Assembly: GCF_054482595.1 (NCBI RefSeq)
Contig: NZ_CM137008.1
Direction: 5' to 3' (one strand)
DNA: 64,000 bases
Below the pieces are notes generated by a model. It ran no database searches and was not told the DNA's origin. It worked only from the letters and a program-made list of their open reading frames with translations. A program made the translations under genes and the position numbers. Of the stretch, positions 41,174 to 54,186 are shown piece after piece; the stretch's first letter is position 1; every line of letters begins with the position of its first letter.

Positions 41174-42706
41174 ATGACGCAGAAAATTGAACAATCTCAA
41201 CGACAAGAACGGGTAGCGGCCTGGAATCGTCGCGCTGAATGCGATCTTGCCGCTTTCCAGAACTCGCCAAAGCAAACCTACCAGGCTGAAAAAGCGCGCG
41301 ATCGCAAACTGTGCGCCAACCTGGAAGAAGCGATTCGTCGCTCTGGTTTACAGGACGGCATGACGGCTTCCTTCCATCACGCTTTCCGTGGCGGTGACCT
41401 GATCGTCAATATGGTGATGGACGTCATCGCGAAGATGGGCTTTAAAAACCTGACTCTGGCCTCCAGCTCCCTGAGTGATTGCCATGCGCCGCTGGTAGAA
41501 CACATTCGCCAGGGCGTGGTTACCCGCATTTATACCTCTGGCCTGCGCGGTCCACTGGCGGAAGAAATCTCCCGTGGTCTGCTGGCGGAACCGGTGCAAA
41601 TCCACTCTCACGGCGGACGTGTGCATCTGGTACAGAGCGGCGAACTGAATATCGATGTGGCTTTCCTCGGCGTCCCGTCCTGTGATGAATTCGGTAATGC
41701 CAACGGCTACTCCGGTAAAGCCTGCTGCGGCTCCCTCGGCTATGCAATGGTTGATGCCGACAACGCAAAACAGGTCGTGATGCTTACCGAAGAACTGCTG
41801 CCTTATCCGCATAATCCGGCAAGCATTGAGCAAGATCAGGTTGATCTGATCGTCAAAGTTGATCGCGTTGGCGATGCTGCAAAAATCGGCGCTGGTGCTA
41901 CCCGTATGACCACTAACCCGCGCGAACTGCTTATTGCCCGTAGCGCTGCGGATGTGATTGTTAACTCTGGCTACTTCAAAGAAGGTTTCTCTATGCAGAC
42001 CGGCACCGGCGGCGCTTCGCTGGCGGTAACCCGTTTCCTGGAAGACAAAATGCGTAGCCGCGATATTCGCGCCGACTTCGCCCTCGGCGGTATTACCGCA
42101 ACGATGGTTGATCTGCACGAAAAAGGTCTGATCCGCAAACTGCTGGATGTGCAGAGCTTTGACAGCCATGCTGCGCAATCGCTGGCCCGTAACCCCAATC
42201 ACATCGAAATCAGCGCCAACCAGTACGCTAACTGGGGGTCGAAAGGCGCATCGGTTGATCGTCTCGACGTGGTGGTACTGAGTGCGCTGGAAATTGACAC
42301 CCAGTTCAACGTTAACGTGCTGACCGGCTCTGACGGCGTACTGCGTGGTGCTTCCGGTGGTCACTGCGATACCGCAATTGCCTCTGCGCTTTCCATCATC
42401 GTCGCGCCGCTGGTACGCGGTCGTATTCCGACGCTGGTGGATAACGTGCTGACCTGCATCACCCCGGGCTCCAGTGTCGATATTCTGGTCACAGACCACG
42501 GCATCGCTGTTAACCCGGCACGTCCGGAGCTGGCAGAACGTCTGCAGGAAGCGGGGATCAAAGTGGTTTCTATTGAGTGGCTGCGTGAACGTGCGCGTCT
42601 GCTGACCGGTGAACCACAGCCGATTGAATTCACCGACCGCGTCGTTGCCGTTGTGCGTTACCGCGATGGCTCGGTGATCGATGTTGTGCATCAGGTGAAG
42701 GAATAA
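41174..42706 (+). CDS. citF: Citrate lyase alpha subunit CitF
   Basis: 510-aa ORF in operon position after citE. Confidence 0.9.
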   Translation: MTQKIEQSQRQERVAAWNRRAECDLAAFQNSPKQTYQAEKARDRKLCANLEEAIRRSGLQDGMTASFHHAFRGGDLIVNMVMDVIAKMGFKNLTLASSSLSDCHAPLVEHIRQGVVTRIYTSGLRGPLAEEISRGLLAEPVQIHSHGGRVHLVQSGELNIDVAFLGVPSCDEFGNANGYSGKACCGSLGYAMVDADNAKQVVMLTEELLPYPHNPASIEQDQVDLIVKVDRVGDAAKIGAGATRMTTNPRELLIARSAADVIVNSGYFKEGFSMQTGTGGASLAVTRFLEDKMRSRDIRADFALGGITATMVDLHEKGLIRKLLDVQSFDSHAAQSLARNPNHIEISANQYANWGSKGASVDRLDVVVLSALEIDTQFNVNVLTGSDGVLRGASGGHCDTAIASALSIIVAPLVRGRIPTLVDNVLTCITPGSSVDILVTDHGIAVNPARPELAERLQEAGIKVVSIEWLRERARLLTGEPQPIEFTDRVVAVVRYRDGSVIDVVHQVKE

Positions 42707-42709
42707 GTC

Positions 42710-44123
<1,414 letters not shown>

Positions 44124-44148
44124 ATCATTAATATATCCGGAGTTAACT

Positions 44149-46746
44149 ATGTTAAAAGAATACCGTAAGCATGTAGCTGAGCGTGCCGCTGAGGGGATTG
44201 CGCCCAAACCCCTGGATGCAAACCAAATGGCCGCGCTTGTAGAGCTGCTGAAAAACCCGCCCGCGGGCGAAGAAGAATTCCTGTTAGATCTGTTAACCAA
44301 CCGTGTTCCCCCTGGCGTTGATGAAGCCGCCTATGTCAAAGCAGGCTTCCTGGCTGCTGTCGCCAAAGGTGAAGCCAAATCCCCACTGCTGACACCGGAA
44401 AAGGCCATCGAACTGCTGGGCACCATGCAGGGTGGTTACAACATTCATCCGCTGATCGACGCGCTGGATGATGCCAAACTGGCACCGATCGCTGCCAAAG
44501 CACTTTCTCACACGCTGCTGATGTTCGATAACTTCTATGACGTAGAAGAGAAAGCCAAAGCAGGCAACGAATATGCGAAGCAGGTAATGCAGTCCTGGGC
44601 GGATGCCGAATGGTTCCTGAATCGCCCGGCGCTGGCTGAAAAACTGACCGTTACCGTCTTCAAAGTCACTGGCGAAACCAACACCGATGACCTCTCTCCG
44701 GCACCGGATGCGTGGTCACGCCCGGATATCCCACTGCACGCGCTGGCGATGCTGAAAAACGCCCGTGAAGGCATCGAGCCAGATCAGCCTGGTGTTGTTG
44801 GCCCGATCAAACAGATTGAAGCTCTGCAACAGAAAGGTTTCCCGCTGGCGTACGTCGGTGACGTTGTGGGTACGGGGTCATCGCGTAAATCCGCCACGAA
44901 CTCCGTTCTGTGGTTTATGGGCGATGATATTCCACATGTGCCGAACAAACGCGGCGGTGGTTTGTGCCTCGGCGGTAAAATTGCACCCATCTTCTTTAAC
45001 ACGATGGAAGATGCGGGTGCACTGCCAATCGAAGTCGACGTCTCTAACCTGAACATGGGCGACGTAATTGACGTTTACCCGTACAAAGGTGAAGTGCGTA
45101 ACCACGAAACCGGCGAACTGCTGGCAACCTTCGAACTGAAAACCGACGTGCTGATTGATGAAGTGCGTGCTGGCGGCCGTATTCCGCTGATTATCGGGCG
45201 TGGCCTGACCACCAAAGCGCGTGAAGCACTTGGCCTGCCGCACAGTGATGTGTTCCGTCAGGCGAAAGATGTCGCTGAGAGCGATCGCGGCTTCTCGCTG
45301 GCGCAGAAAATGGTAGGTCGTGCCTGCGGTGTGAAAGGCATTCGTCCGGGCGCGTACTGCGAACCGAAAATGACTTCTGTAGGTTCACAGGACACCACCG
45401 GCCCGATGACCCGTGATGAACTGAAAGACCTGGCGTGCCTGGGCTTCTCGGCTGACCTGGTGATGCAGTCTTTCTGCCACACCGCGGCGTATCCGAAACC
45501 AGTTGACGTGAATACGCACCACACGCTGCCGGACTTCATTATGAACCGTGGCGGTGTGTCGCTGCGTCCGGGTGACGGCGTAATCCACTCCTGGCTGAAC
45601 CGTATGCTGCTGCCGGATACCGTCGGTACCGGTGGTGATTCCCATACCCGTTTCCCGATCGGCATTTCTTTCCCGGCAGGCTCCGGTCTGGTGGCATTTG
45701 CTGCTGCAACTGGCGTCATGCCGCTGGATATGCCGGAATCCGTTCTGGTGCGCTTCAAAGGCAAAATGCAGCCGGGCATCACCCTGCGCGATTTGGTACA
45801 CGCTATTCCGCTGTATGCGATCAAACAAGGTCTGCTGACCGTTGAGAAGAAAGGCAAGAAAAACATCTTCTCTGGCCGCATCCTGGAAATTGAAGGTCTG
45901 CCGGATCTGAAAGTTGAGCAGGCCTTTGAGCTGACCGATGCGTCCGCCGAGCGTTCTGCTGCCGGTTGTACCATCAAGCTGAACAAAGAACCGATCATCG
46001 AATACCTGAACTCCAACATCGTCCTGCTGAAGTGGATGATCGCGGAAGGTTACGGCGATCATCGTACCCTGGAACGCCGTATTCAGGGCATGGAAAAATG
46101 GCTGGCGAATCCTGAGCTGCTGGAAGCCGATGCAGATGCGGAATACGCGGCAGTGATCGACATCGATCTGGCGGATATCAAAGAGCCAATCCTCTGTGCT
46201 CCGAACGACCCGGATGACGCGCGTCCGCTGTCTGCGGTACAGGGCGAGAAGATCGACGAAGTGTTTATCGGTTCCTGCATGACCAACATCGGTCACTTCC
46301 GTGCTGCGGGTAAACTGCTGGATGCGCATAAAGGCCAGCTGCCGACCCGCCTGTGGGTGGCACCGCCAACCCGTATGGACGCCGCGCAGTTGACCGAAGA
46401 AGGCTACTACAGCGTCTTCGGTAAGAGTGGTGCGCGTATCGAGATCCCTGGCTGTTCCCTGTGTATGGGTAACCAGGCGCGTGTAGCAGACGGTGCGACG
46501 GTGGTTTCCACCTCTACCCGTAACTTTCCGAACCGTTTGGGTACTGGCGCGAATGTCTTCCTGGCTTCTGCGGAACTGGCCGCTGTTGCGGCGCTGATTG
46601 GCAAACTGCCGACGCCGGAAGAGTACCAGACCTACGTGGCGCAGGTAGATAAAACCGCCGTTGATACTTACCGTTATCTGAACTTCAACCAGCTTTCTCA
46701 GTATACCGAGAAAGCGGATAGGGTGATTTTTCCTAGTGTGGTTTAA
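44149..46746 (+). CDS. acnB: Aconitate hydratase B / 2-methylisocitrate dehydratase AcnB
   Basis: 865 aa; N-terminus [47 protein letters not shown]... matches AcnB throughout; RBS CCGGAG upstream. Confidence 0.93.
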   Translation: MLKEYRKHVAERAAEGIAPKPLDANQMAALVELLKNPPAGEEEFLLDLLTNRVPPGVDEAAYVKAGFLAAVAKGEAKSPLLTPEKAIELLGTMQGGYNIHPLIDALDDAKLAPIAAKALSHTLLMFDNFYDVEEKAKAGNEYAKQVMQSWADAEWFLNRPALAEKLTVTVFKVTGETNTDDLSPAPDAWSRPDIPLHALAMLKNAREGIEPDQPGVVGPIKQIEALQQKGFPLAYVGDVVGTGSSRKSATNSVLWFMGDDIPHVPNKRGGGLCLGGKIAPIFFNTMEDAGALPIEVDVSNLNMGDVIDVYPYKGEVRNHETGELLATFELKTDVLIDEVRAGGRIPLIIGRGLTTKAREALGLPHSDVFRQAKDVAESDRGFSLAQKMVGRACGVKGIRPGAYCEPKMTSVGSQDTTGPMTRDELKDLACLGFSADLVMQSFCHTAAYPKPVDVNTHHTLPDFIMNRGGVSLRPGDGVIHSWLNRMLLPDTVGTGGDSHTRFPIGISFPAGSGLVAFAAATGVMPLDMPESVLVRFKGKMQPGITLRDLVHAIPLYAIKQGLLTVEKKGKKNIFSGRILEIEGLPDLKVEQAFELTDASAERSAAGCTIKLNKEPIIEYLNSNIVLLKWMIAEGYGDHRTLERRIQGMEKWLANPELLEADADAEYAAVIDIDLADIKEPILCAPNDPDDARPLSAVQGEKIDEVFIGSCMTNIGHFRAAGKLLDAHKGQLPTRLWVAPPTRMDAAQLTEEGYYSVFGKSGARIEIPGCSLCMGNQARVADGATVVSTSTRNFPNRLGTGANVFLASAELAAVAALIGKLPTPEEYQTYVAQVDKTAVDTYRYLNFNQLSQYTEKADRVIFPSVV

Positions 46747-46815
46747 GAAGTCAGTGTGCTGCGTATAAAAAGCTAATACCAGGCTGCCTGTCATATCGAT
46801 TTCATGCAGGATAAG

Positions 46816-46846
46816 TAGAACTCCGTCTAATCTAGACGGAGTTCTA
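46816..46846. repeat. Palindrome TAGAACTCCGTCTA-ATC-TAGACGGAGTTCTA downstream of acnB; related copy at 58007-58040
   Basis: Perfect 14-bp inverted repeat with 3-nt spacer; a near-copy abuts the start of IS66 orf1 at 58007-58040. Confidence 0.45.
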
Positions 46847-46989
46847 TTGTATTGATGGCTTTGGTAGAAGCGTAAGTGTACAGCGAGAGCTGTATTGACA
46901 GGAATGCGTTATTCAGTTGGCAGTGTATTGCGCAGGGGGAGCCGTTCGCTGACGTAAGCGGCTCGTCAGAACCGTATTGATATTTACTG

Positions 46990-47531
46990 AGCGGTCAGTT
47001 CAACTTTCCAGGGCAACAGATCACGTACCCGGTTTGCCGGCCAGTCCTGGATATGTTCAATGACGTAACGCAGCCATTTTCTGGCTCCTCATTGTTCAGA
47101 CGGCATGTGCCGATCAGCGAGTACAACACCGCCGCATGTTCGCCACCGTTGTCGGAACCCACGAAGAGCCAGTTTTTCCGGCCTACGGCCACTCCCCGTA
47201 AGGCGTTCTCTGCGATGTTGTTGTCGATTTCCACCCAGCCATTGCTGCAGTACACATTCAGGCCATCCCACTGTTTCAGCAGGTATGCGAACGCTTTTGC
47301 CGTATCCGAGTGACGCGACAGTGTTTTCATCTGAGTCTGTATCCAGTCATACAGTGACTGCATCAGTGGCGCAGCTCTGGCTTTTCTTGCTGCCAGACGC
47401 TGTTCTGCTGAACATCCCCGGACTTCTGCCTCGGTGGCATACAGTTCACCGATACGCTGCAGGGCTTCCGTGGTGATGTCGGTTGGCACTCTTACATGCA
47501 CATCGTGGATTCTTCTCCGGGAATGAGCCAT
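46990..47531 (-). pseudogene. IS66-family transposase TnpC, C-terminal fragment with frameshift near the 3-prime end
   Basis: [50 protein letters not shown]... matches the TnpC C-terminal half; the true C-terminus is in another frame. Confidence 0.7.
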
Positions 47532-47997
47532 ACACGCGGCTTCCGTTACTCTGCCGGATTCGTATAACGCCTAAGCATCGGCCTGAAGCACACCACAAAG
47601 ACTGGCCTTCAGGCTGTACACGCAGCCAAAGCGTTTATCGTTGAACACCACATTTTTCTGGCTGATGTCCCATTCTTCACGCAGCATAGCAATCAGTTGT
47701 GGTGTGCAGGTAAGCAGCAAGCGAAAAGGCAGTTCAAAACTGGTGACGTAATCCACATTCAGCAGGGCAATACGCAGCAGTTCTTCTGGCCCTGCCTCTG
47801 TCTGCCGACACTCCTCCAGAACATCCTGCTACTGCCGACGAAGATATGGAGATTCATTCAATTCTGTAAAACCGTATTTATCCGCCAGATAGTCAATTCG
47901 TGTACGCATACTGAAAAGAATTCCGTATAAAAATTCAGCAGACAAAACTTTATCAGCCCATAAGAATCAACGGAAGAGCCAGTAACGTACCAGATTA

Positions 47998-48510
47998 TCA
48001 CCTGGCTATTGTTGCCATAACGGGTAACATAAGGGACTGAACAGTTGTCTTTAGCACAACGAACTGATCTAATGTACCTGAACGGTCAACCTGAAAACAG
48101 CTTTCCAACCGACATTGTCCGCCAGCGTTTATCCCCGACCAGGTCTGTTGCAGTAAATCCACCACTTGCGAACATTCTTCATCAACTGTGGCACTGACCC
48201 GCAGATGGCAAATGCTCGCCTGGCTGAGCAGCAACAGGCATCGTATTGTTGCTTCTCCATGTTGTTCCAGCAACCAGCGTAATACCACCGGCGGTGCTGG
48301 ACTGGCAGTGTGATTACGCTCAGTAATATGTTCTTGCACCTGTCGGTAAAAGGCAGTACAGAATGCATGAATCTGTTGCCCGTTGATGTTTCCTTCTGCC
48401 GAATAGAGCGTGAAGTGGACTGCCAGCAGACGCGGCCAGTGGTCCACCGCCTGCTGAACAAAACGCCAGATATCTCCCGGCTCTGAAAGTAACGCTTCGG
48501 TTATTTGCAC
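47998..48510 (-). CDS. Hypothetical protein, third Rep-like (Gp2-family-like) paralog
   Basis: 170-aa ORF with pattern GNINGQQIHAFCTAFYRQVQEH...IRCLLLLSQAS resembling the ORFs at 29263 and 31511. Confidence 0.4.
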   Translation of the reverse strand: MQITEALLSEPGDIWRFVQQAVDHWPRLLAVHFTLYSAEGNINGQQIHAFCTAFYRQVQEHITERNHTASPAPPVVLRWLLEQHGEATIRCLLLLSQASICHLRVSATVDEECSQVVDLLQQTWSGINAGGQCRLESCFQVDRSGTLDQFVVLKTTVQSLMLPVMATIAR

Positions 48511-48659
48511 GGAATACTACTCCTTCAGACTCTGTTAAGTTTTGTTTGTTAAACCGGTGCAGACCTGCAGGAAAGCACGCCAGCACCGGCACTGTACGAT
48601 ATAAACATCCGGTACCGGGGATACGAATGGAATGACGAATACGCCAGAAAAGGGATAAC

Positions 48660-49827
48660 AACCTTCCTCATAATGGTGAAATCATTCGCTATCGGTTACA
48701 CGGTACGCGATGTCGCCAAAGGCAGCTGGATCGACGAATCCACGGTCACGCTACCGAAAGCGCCGCCGCTTAACACCCTGCCTCGGGCGACCAAAGTGCC
48801 GGAGCCACTGCCGCCGCAGGAAGATTACACCTTTGAAGGTTACCGCAACGCCGACGGCAGCGTGGGCACCAAAAACCTGTTGGGTATTACCACCAGCGTG
48901 CACTACATGGCAGACGTTGAGGACTACGTGGTTAAAATTATCGAACGCGACCTGCTGCCGAAATACCCGAGCATCGACGGCGTGGTCGACTTGAACCACC
49001 TCTACGGCTGTGGCGTAGCGATTAATGTACCGGCCGCCGTGGTGCCAATTCGCACCATCCATAATATTGCGCTGAACCCAAACTTCGGTGGCGAAGTGAT
49101 GGTGGTGGGCATGCAGTGCGGTGGCAGCGACGCGTTCTCCGGCGTTACCACTAACCCCGCTGTCGGCTACGACTCTGACCTGCTGGTGCGCTGCGGCGCA
49201 ACGGTGATGTTCTCCGAAGTCACTGAAGTACGCGACGCCATTCATCTGTTAACGCCACGCGCCATCAATGAAGAAGTGGGCAGGCGTCTGCTCGAAGAGA
49301 TGGCCTGATACGATAACTATCCCGATATGGGCAAAACCGACCGCAGCGCCAACCCTTCGCCGGGCAACAAAAAGGGCGGCCTCGCCAACGTGGTAAAGAA
49401 AGCACTCGGCTCCATTGCTAAATCGGGTAAAACCGCAATTGTTGAAGTGCTGTCGCCCGGTCAACACCCGACTAAACGCGGATTAATTTACGCCGCGACG
49501 CCAGCCAGCGATTTTGTCTGTGGCACGCAACAGGTGGCTTCGGGTATCACCGTGCAAGTGTTTACGACCGGCCGTGGTACGACGTACGGCCTGATGGCGG
49601 TACCCGTCATTAAAATGGCGACCCGCACCGGGCTGGCGAACCACTGGTTTGATTTAATGGATATTAACGCAGGCACTATCGCTACCGGCGAAGAGACCAT
49701 TGAAGAGGTGGGCTGGAAGTTGTTCCACTTTATTCTCGACGTCGCCAGCGGGAAGAAGAAAACTTTCTCGGATCAATGGGGATTGCATAACCAGCTGGCA
49801 GTGTTTAACCCGGCACCGGTGGCCTGA
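48660..49827 (+). pseudogene. garD: Galactarate dehydratase GarD-like gene, decayed (5-prime truncated, shift near 48680, in-frame TGA at 49306)
   Basis: Two same-frame ORFs (48673-49308 and 49327-49827) separated by TGA where GarD has Trp; homology starts mid-SAF domain; about 60 aa fewer than expected. Confidence 0.7.
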
Positions 49828-49889
49828 TATTCTCTTCATACATTAAGTTGTATTATGCCCGATAACGCTTGTTTATCGGGCATAGTGAA

Positions 49890-50714
49890 TCACAGCGAAG
49901 ACGCGAGCTCCCCGACCAGAATCACTTCAACCCCAGCCTTTCGCAAGCCTTCCAGACTATCCGCAGGAATGCCTTCATCAACAATGATCATGTCGATACG
50001 TTTAGTATCAATGATCTTATGTAAACTGGAACGATTGAACTTACTGGAATCGGTGACCACGATGATCCGTTCCGCAACTTCGCACATCCGGCGGTTTAAA
50101 CGGGCTTCATCTTCATTATGCGTGCTGACGCCGCGCTCCAGATCGATCGCATCTACACCAAGAAACAGCATATCGAAGTGGTAATTTTGCAGCGATTGCT
50201 CAGCCTGATCGCCGTAAAAAGATTGCGACTGACGGCGCAAATGCCCGCCGGTCATCAGCAGCTCAACGCCTTCCGCTTCCAGCAACGCATTAGCCACGTT
50301 CATACCGTTGGTCATCGCAATTACGTCAGTGTGCTTGCGCATCAGACGAGCAATCTCAAAAGTGGTGGTCCCGGAATCGAGGAGCACCCGATGACCTGGC
50401 TGAATCAACTCAACGGCAGCTTTCGCAACGCTGCGTTTCATCGCGGTGTTCAGTGCGCTTTTGTCTTCCACTGATGGCTCGACTGACGGCGTCGTGCTAT
50501 CGCAGATCAACGCGCCACCATAGGCACGCACAGCGATCCTCTGCTTTTCCAGAAACGCCAGATCGTTGCGGATCGTCACAGTAGATACGCCATACAATGC
50601 CGACAGATCGTTAACCTGCACACTCCCTTGCTGTCGCAGACGCTGAATGATCTGTTCTCGTCGCTCGCTGGTGCCTGTCACTCGCTTCTCACCTGAAGCG
50701 TCGGTATTACTCAT
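49890..50714 (-). CDS. agaR: DeoR-family repressor AgaR
   Basis: [57 protein letters not shown]...; DeoR HTH plus sugar-binding domain. Confidence 0.9.
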   Translation of the reverse strand: MSNTDASGEKRVTGTSERREQIIQRLRQQGSVQVNDLSALYGVSTVTIRNDLAFLEKQRIAVRAYGGALICDSTTPSVEPSVEDKSALNTAMKRSVAKAAVELIQPGHRVLLDSGTTTFEIARLMRKHTDVIAMTNGMNVANALLEAEGVELLMTGGHLRRQSQSFYGDQAEQSLQNYHFDMLFLGVDAIDLERGVSTHNEDEARLNRRMCEVAERIIVVTDSSKFNRSSLHKIIDTKRIDMIIVDEGIPADSLEGLRKAGVEVILVGELASSL

Positions 50715-50962
50715 AGTAAGTCCTTTCGTAAAACTTTCGTTTCATTTCGTTTTGCCTATTAACGCCTTTCTATTAAGCAAATGCAAGCCCACCTTGCCCA
50801 TTGGCGCAAGCTACTCTCGTTTCACTGACTTTCATTATGTTTCTTTTGTGAATCGGATCAGAAAACCATTATCTTTCGTTTTATTTTTATCTCACCATGA
50901 CGCAGTATGAACTGAAACAAAACGAAAGATTAATATCGCAGCAATCTGAACTGGAGAGGAAA

Positions 50963-51301
50963 GTGAAACATCTGACAGAAATGGTGAGGCAGTACAAAGC
51001 GGGCAAAACAAATGGAATTTATGCCGTTTGTTTTGCCCGCTTTGTGCTGCATGGGGCGAGCGATGTGCCGGATGAGTATGTTCGTCGCACCATTGGGCCA
51101 GGCGTCTGCAAAGTCAACGTTGCAACCGAGTTGAAGATCGCCTTCTCTGACGCCATCAAAGCTTGGTTTGCTGAAAATCAGCAGAGCAACGATCCGTGCT
51201 TTTACATGCGGGTTGGCATGGACGCCATGAAAGAGGTGGTCAGAAGCAAAATCGCCGTCTGCGGCTCGGCAAATCGATTACGGCTACCGGCGGAGGCCTG
51301 A
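50963..51301 (+). pseudogene. In-frame deletion-fusion of kbaZ 5-prime end to kbaY 3-prime end (aga operon remnant)
   Basis: GTG 50963 with GGAGAGGA RBS; KbaZ-like N-terminus ([22 protein letters not shown]) switches at about 51030 to a class II aldolase C-terminus ([22 protein letters not shown]...). Confidence 0.6.
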
Positions 51302-51414
51302 TCCAACAGCGTATTACCTCAATATTTCAAAATAATTATAAGTCTCACAAATATGAAGGCGCGTCCTTAAACCGGGTAGCGCCTTCCATTATCCTAAAAT
51401 TCGAGGAGCCCTAT

Positions 51415-52986
51415 ATGACACAAAAAAAATCTTTTAAATCAAAATTATGGGAGTTTTTACAAAGTCTGGGAAAAACCTTTATGTTCCCGGTTTCGCTTCT
51501 TGCCTTTATGGGATTGCTGCTGGGTATCGGTAGTTCAGTCACCAGCCCTTCCACCATTACTAGTTTTCCCTTTCTGGGCGGCGAATTTACCCAGTTGACC
51601 TTTGGCTTTATCGCTATGGTCGGTGGCTTTGCTTTTACCTATCTGCCGCTGATGTTTGCCATGGCGATCCCCATGGGGCTTGCCAAGCGCAACAAAGCGG
51701 TCGCTGCCTTTGCCGGGTTCGTTGGCTACATGCTGATGAACATGAGCATTAATTATTACCTGACGGCTACCCACCAGCTTGCCGACCCCGCCACCATGAA
51801 ACAGGTAGGACAATCGATCGTGCTGGGCATTCAAACCCTGGAGATGGGGGTATTAGGTGGCATTGTGGTTGGGGTTATCACCTATTTTCTGCATGACCGT
51901 TTTCAGGACACGGTTCTGCATGACGCCTTCGCCTTCTTTAGCGGCATTCGTTTCGTGCCGATTATTACCGCGCTCACCCTGTCGCTGGTGGGTCTGTTCA
52001 TTCCCATGCTGTGGGAATACGTCGCGCTGGGCATCGCGGGTATTGGGCATATCATCCAGAGCACCAGCGTTTTCGGCCCCTTCCTCTACGGCGTAGGCGT
52101 GCTGCTGCTTAAACCTTTTGGTCTGCACCACATCCTGCTGGCGATGGTGCGTTTTACCCCAGCAGGCGGCATTGAAATGGTAAATGGCCATGAGGTCGCC
52201 GGGGCGCTGAATATCTTCTACGCCGAGCTCAAAGCCGGCCTGCCGTTTAGCCCGCACGTTACCGCGTTTCTGTCACAAGGGTTTATGCCGACCTTTATCT
52301 TCGGTTTACCCGCCGTGGCTTACGCCATCTACCGCACCGCGCGTCCGGAAAATCGGCCGGTCATTAAGGGGTTGCTGCTTTCCGGCGTGCTGGTTTCCGT
52401 CGTCACCGGTATTTCAGAGCCGATTGAGTTCCTGTTCCTGTTTATCGCCCCCGCGCTTTACGCCTTCCATATCGTCATGTCTGGCCTGGCGCTGATGGTA
52501 ATGGCCCTGCTGGGAGTGACCATCGGCAATACCGACGGCGGCATTCTGGATCTGCTGATTTTCGGCGTGATGCAGGGAATGTCGACCAAATGGTATCTGC
52601 TGTTCCCGGTTGGTATTGCCTGGTTTGCCATCTACTTCTTTGTCTTCCGCTGGTACATCCTCAAACACAACATCAAAACGCCGGGCCGCGAGGTGGATGT
52701 TCAGGGGGCACAGCAAGCCGTCGAGGCGAACACCCGCGCGCGCGGAAAATCAAAATACGATCACGAGCTTATCCTGCGTGCGCTCGGAGGTAAAGAGAAC
52801 ATTGAGTCGCTTGATAACTGTATTACCCGCTTGCGTCTGGTGGTGAAAGATATGGGCCTTATCGATCAGCAGGCGCTGAAAGCGGCAGGCGCGTTGTCAG
52901 TGGTGGTGCTTGATGCGCATAGCGTGCAGGTGATCATCGGACCGCAGGTACAGAGCGTCAAAACCGGCATTGAAGCCTTAATTTAA
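51415..52986 (+). CDS. PTS EIICB component, glucose/maltose (MalX-like) family
   Basis: ATG 51415 with GAGGAG RBS; EIIC membrane domain plus C-terminal EIIB (LGGKENIESLDNCITRLRLVVKD) with phospho-Cys motif. Confidence 0.85.
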   Translation: MTQKKSFKSKLWEFLQSLGKTFMFPVSLLAFMGLLLGIGSSVTSPSTITSFPFLGGEFTQLTFGFIAMVGGFAFTYLPLMFAMAIPMGLAKRNKAVAAFAGFVGYMLMNMSINYYLTATHQLADPATMKQVGQSIVLGIQTLEMGVLGGIVVGVITYFLHDRFQDTVLHDAFAFFSGIRFVPIITALTLSLVGLFIPMLWEYVALGIAGIGHIIQSTSVFGPFLYGVGVLLLKPFGLHHILLAMVRFTPAGGIEMVNGHEVAGALNIFYAELKAGLPFSPHVTAFLSQGFMPTFIFGLPAVAYAIYRTARPENRPVIKGLLLSGVLVSVVTGISEPIEFLFLFIAPALYAFHIVMSGLALMVMALLGVTIGNTDGGILDLLIFGVMQGMSTKWYLLFPVGIAWFAIYFFVFRWYILKHNIKTPGREVDVQGAQQAVEANTRARGKSKYDHELILRALGGKENIESLDNCITRLRLVVKDMGLIDQQALKAAGALSVVVLDAHSVQVIIGPQVQSVKTGIEALI

Positions 52987-52997
52987 CAGGAGGAGTG

Positions 52998-54173
52998 ATG
53001 TTTGATTTCGACAAAATCATTGAGCGTCAAAGTGATAAGTGCCGTAAATGGGACCATACCTTTGTTTGCTCGCGTTTCGGTGACGTCCCGGAGTCCTTTA
53101 TCCCCCTGTGGATAGCCGATATGGATTTCACCTCACCACCTGCGGTGATTGACGGTTTCCGGCGCATCGTGGAGCACGGCACCTTTGGTTATACCTGGTG
53201 CTTTGACGAATTCTACGACGCGGTCATTGCCTTCCAGCGCAAACGTCATCAGGTTGAGGTGGAAAAGTCGTGGATCACGTTGACCTACGGCACCGTATCC
53301 ACGCTGCACTACACGGTTCAGGCATTCTGCAAACCGGGTGACAGCGTGATGATGAACACGCCGGTCTACGATCCTTTTGCGATGGCGGCACAGCGCCAGG
53401 GCGTGCAGGTACTGGCTAACCCGCTGCGCGTGGAGGAAAACCGCTATCAGCTTGATTTTAATCTGATAGAAGAACAGCTCAAAACCCACCGTCCAACGCT
53501 GTGGTTCTTCTGCTCGCCACATAACCCGTCCGGCAGGATCTGGCGCGAGGAAGAAATACGCCAGGTGTCCGATCTCTGTCAACGCTACGGCACGATTCTG
53601 GTGGTCGATGAGGTTCACGCTGAACACATTCTGGATGGCAAATTCGTCAGTTGTCTCACCTCTGGCTGTGCCGCCCAGGACAACCTGATCGTGCTCACAT
53701 CGCCCAACAAAGCGTTCAATTTGGGCGGGCTGAAAACCTCCTACTCCATGATTCCAGACGACTCGCTGCGCCAGCGCTTCCGCCAGCAGCTCGAGAAGAA
53801 CTCCATTACCTCGCCCAATTTGTTCGGGGTATGGGGAATCATTCTGGCCTATCAACACGGTCTGCCCTGGCTCGACGCGCTGAACGGTTATCTGCAAGGC
53901 AACGCCCGGTATCTGGCGGATGCCCTCCAGACCCACTTCCCGGCGTGGAAGATGATGAACCCGGAATCGTCGTATCTGGCGTGGATAGACGTAAGCGCGG
54001 ATGAGCGTAGCGCAACGCAGCTAACCCAACATTTCGCACGGCAGGCAGGCGTGGTCATAGAAGACGGCAGCCACTATGTACAAAACGGTGAAAACTACCT
54101 GCGGATTAATTTTGGCACCCAGCGCTACTGGCTGGAGCAGTCCATTAACCGAATGCTGAAAAATGACAAATAA
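52998..54173 (+). CDS. MalY/PatB-like PLP-dependent C-S lyase (class I/II aminotransferase fold)
   Basis: About 390 aa with SPNKAFNLGGLK (PLP-lysine region); immediately downstream of the PTS gene. Confidence 0.85.
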   Translation: MFDFDKIIERQSDKCRKWDHTFVCSRFGDVPESFIPLWIADMDFTSPPAVIDGFRRIVEHGTFGYTWCFDEFYDAVIAFQRKRHQVEVEKSWITLTYGTVSTLHYTVQAFCKPGDSVMMNTPVYDPFAMAAQRQGVQVLANPLRVEENRYQLDFNLIEEQLKTHRPTLWFFCSPHNPSGRIWREEEIRQVSDLCQRYGTILVVDEVHAEHILDGKFVSCLTSGCAAQDNLIVLTSPNKAFNLGGLKTSYSMIPDDSLRQRFRQQLEKNSITSPNLFGVWGIILAYQHGLPWLDALNGYLQGNARYLADALQTHFPAWKMMNPESSYLAWIDVSADERSATQLTQHFARQAGVVIEDGSHYVQNGENYLRINFGTQRYWLEQSINRMLKNDK

Positions 54174-54186
54174 GGATCTTACCCCG

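Noticed and set aside
47571-47756. 61-aa minus-strand ORF between the IS66 fragment and the Rep-like paralog, possibly a transposase remnant
   Set aside because: Too short and not recognisable; could be a fragment of an IS or noise, so not called as a feature.
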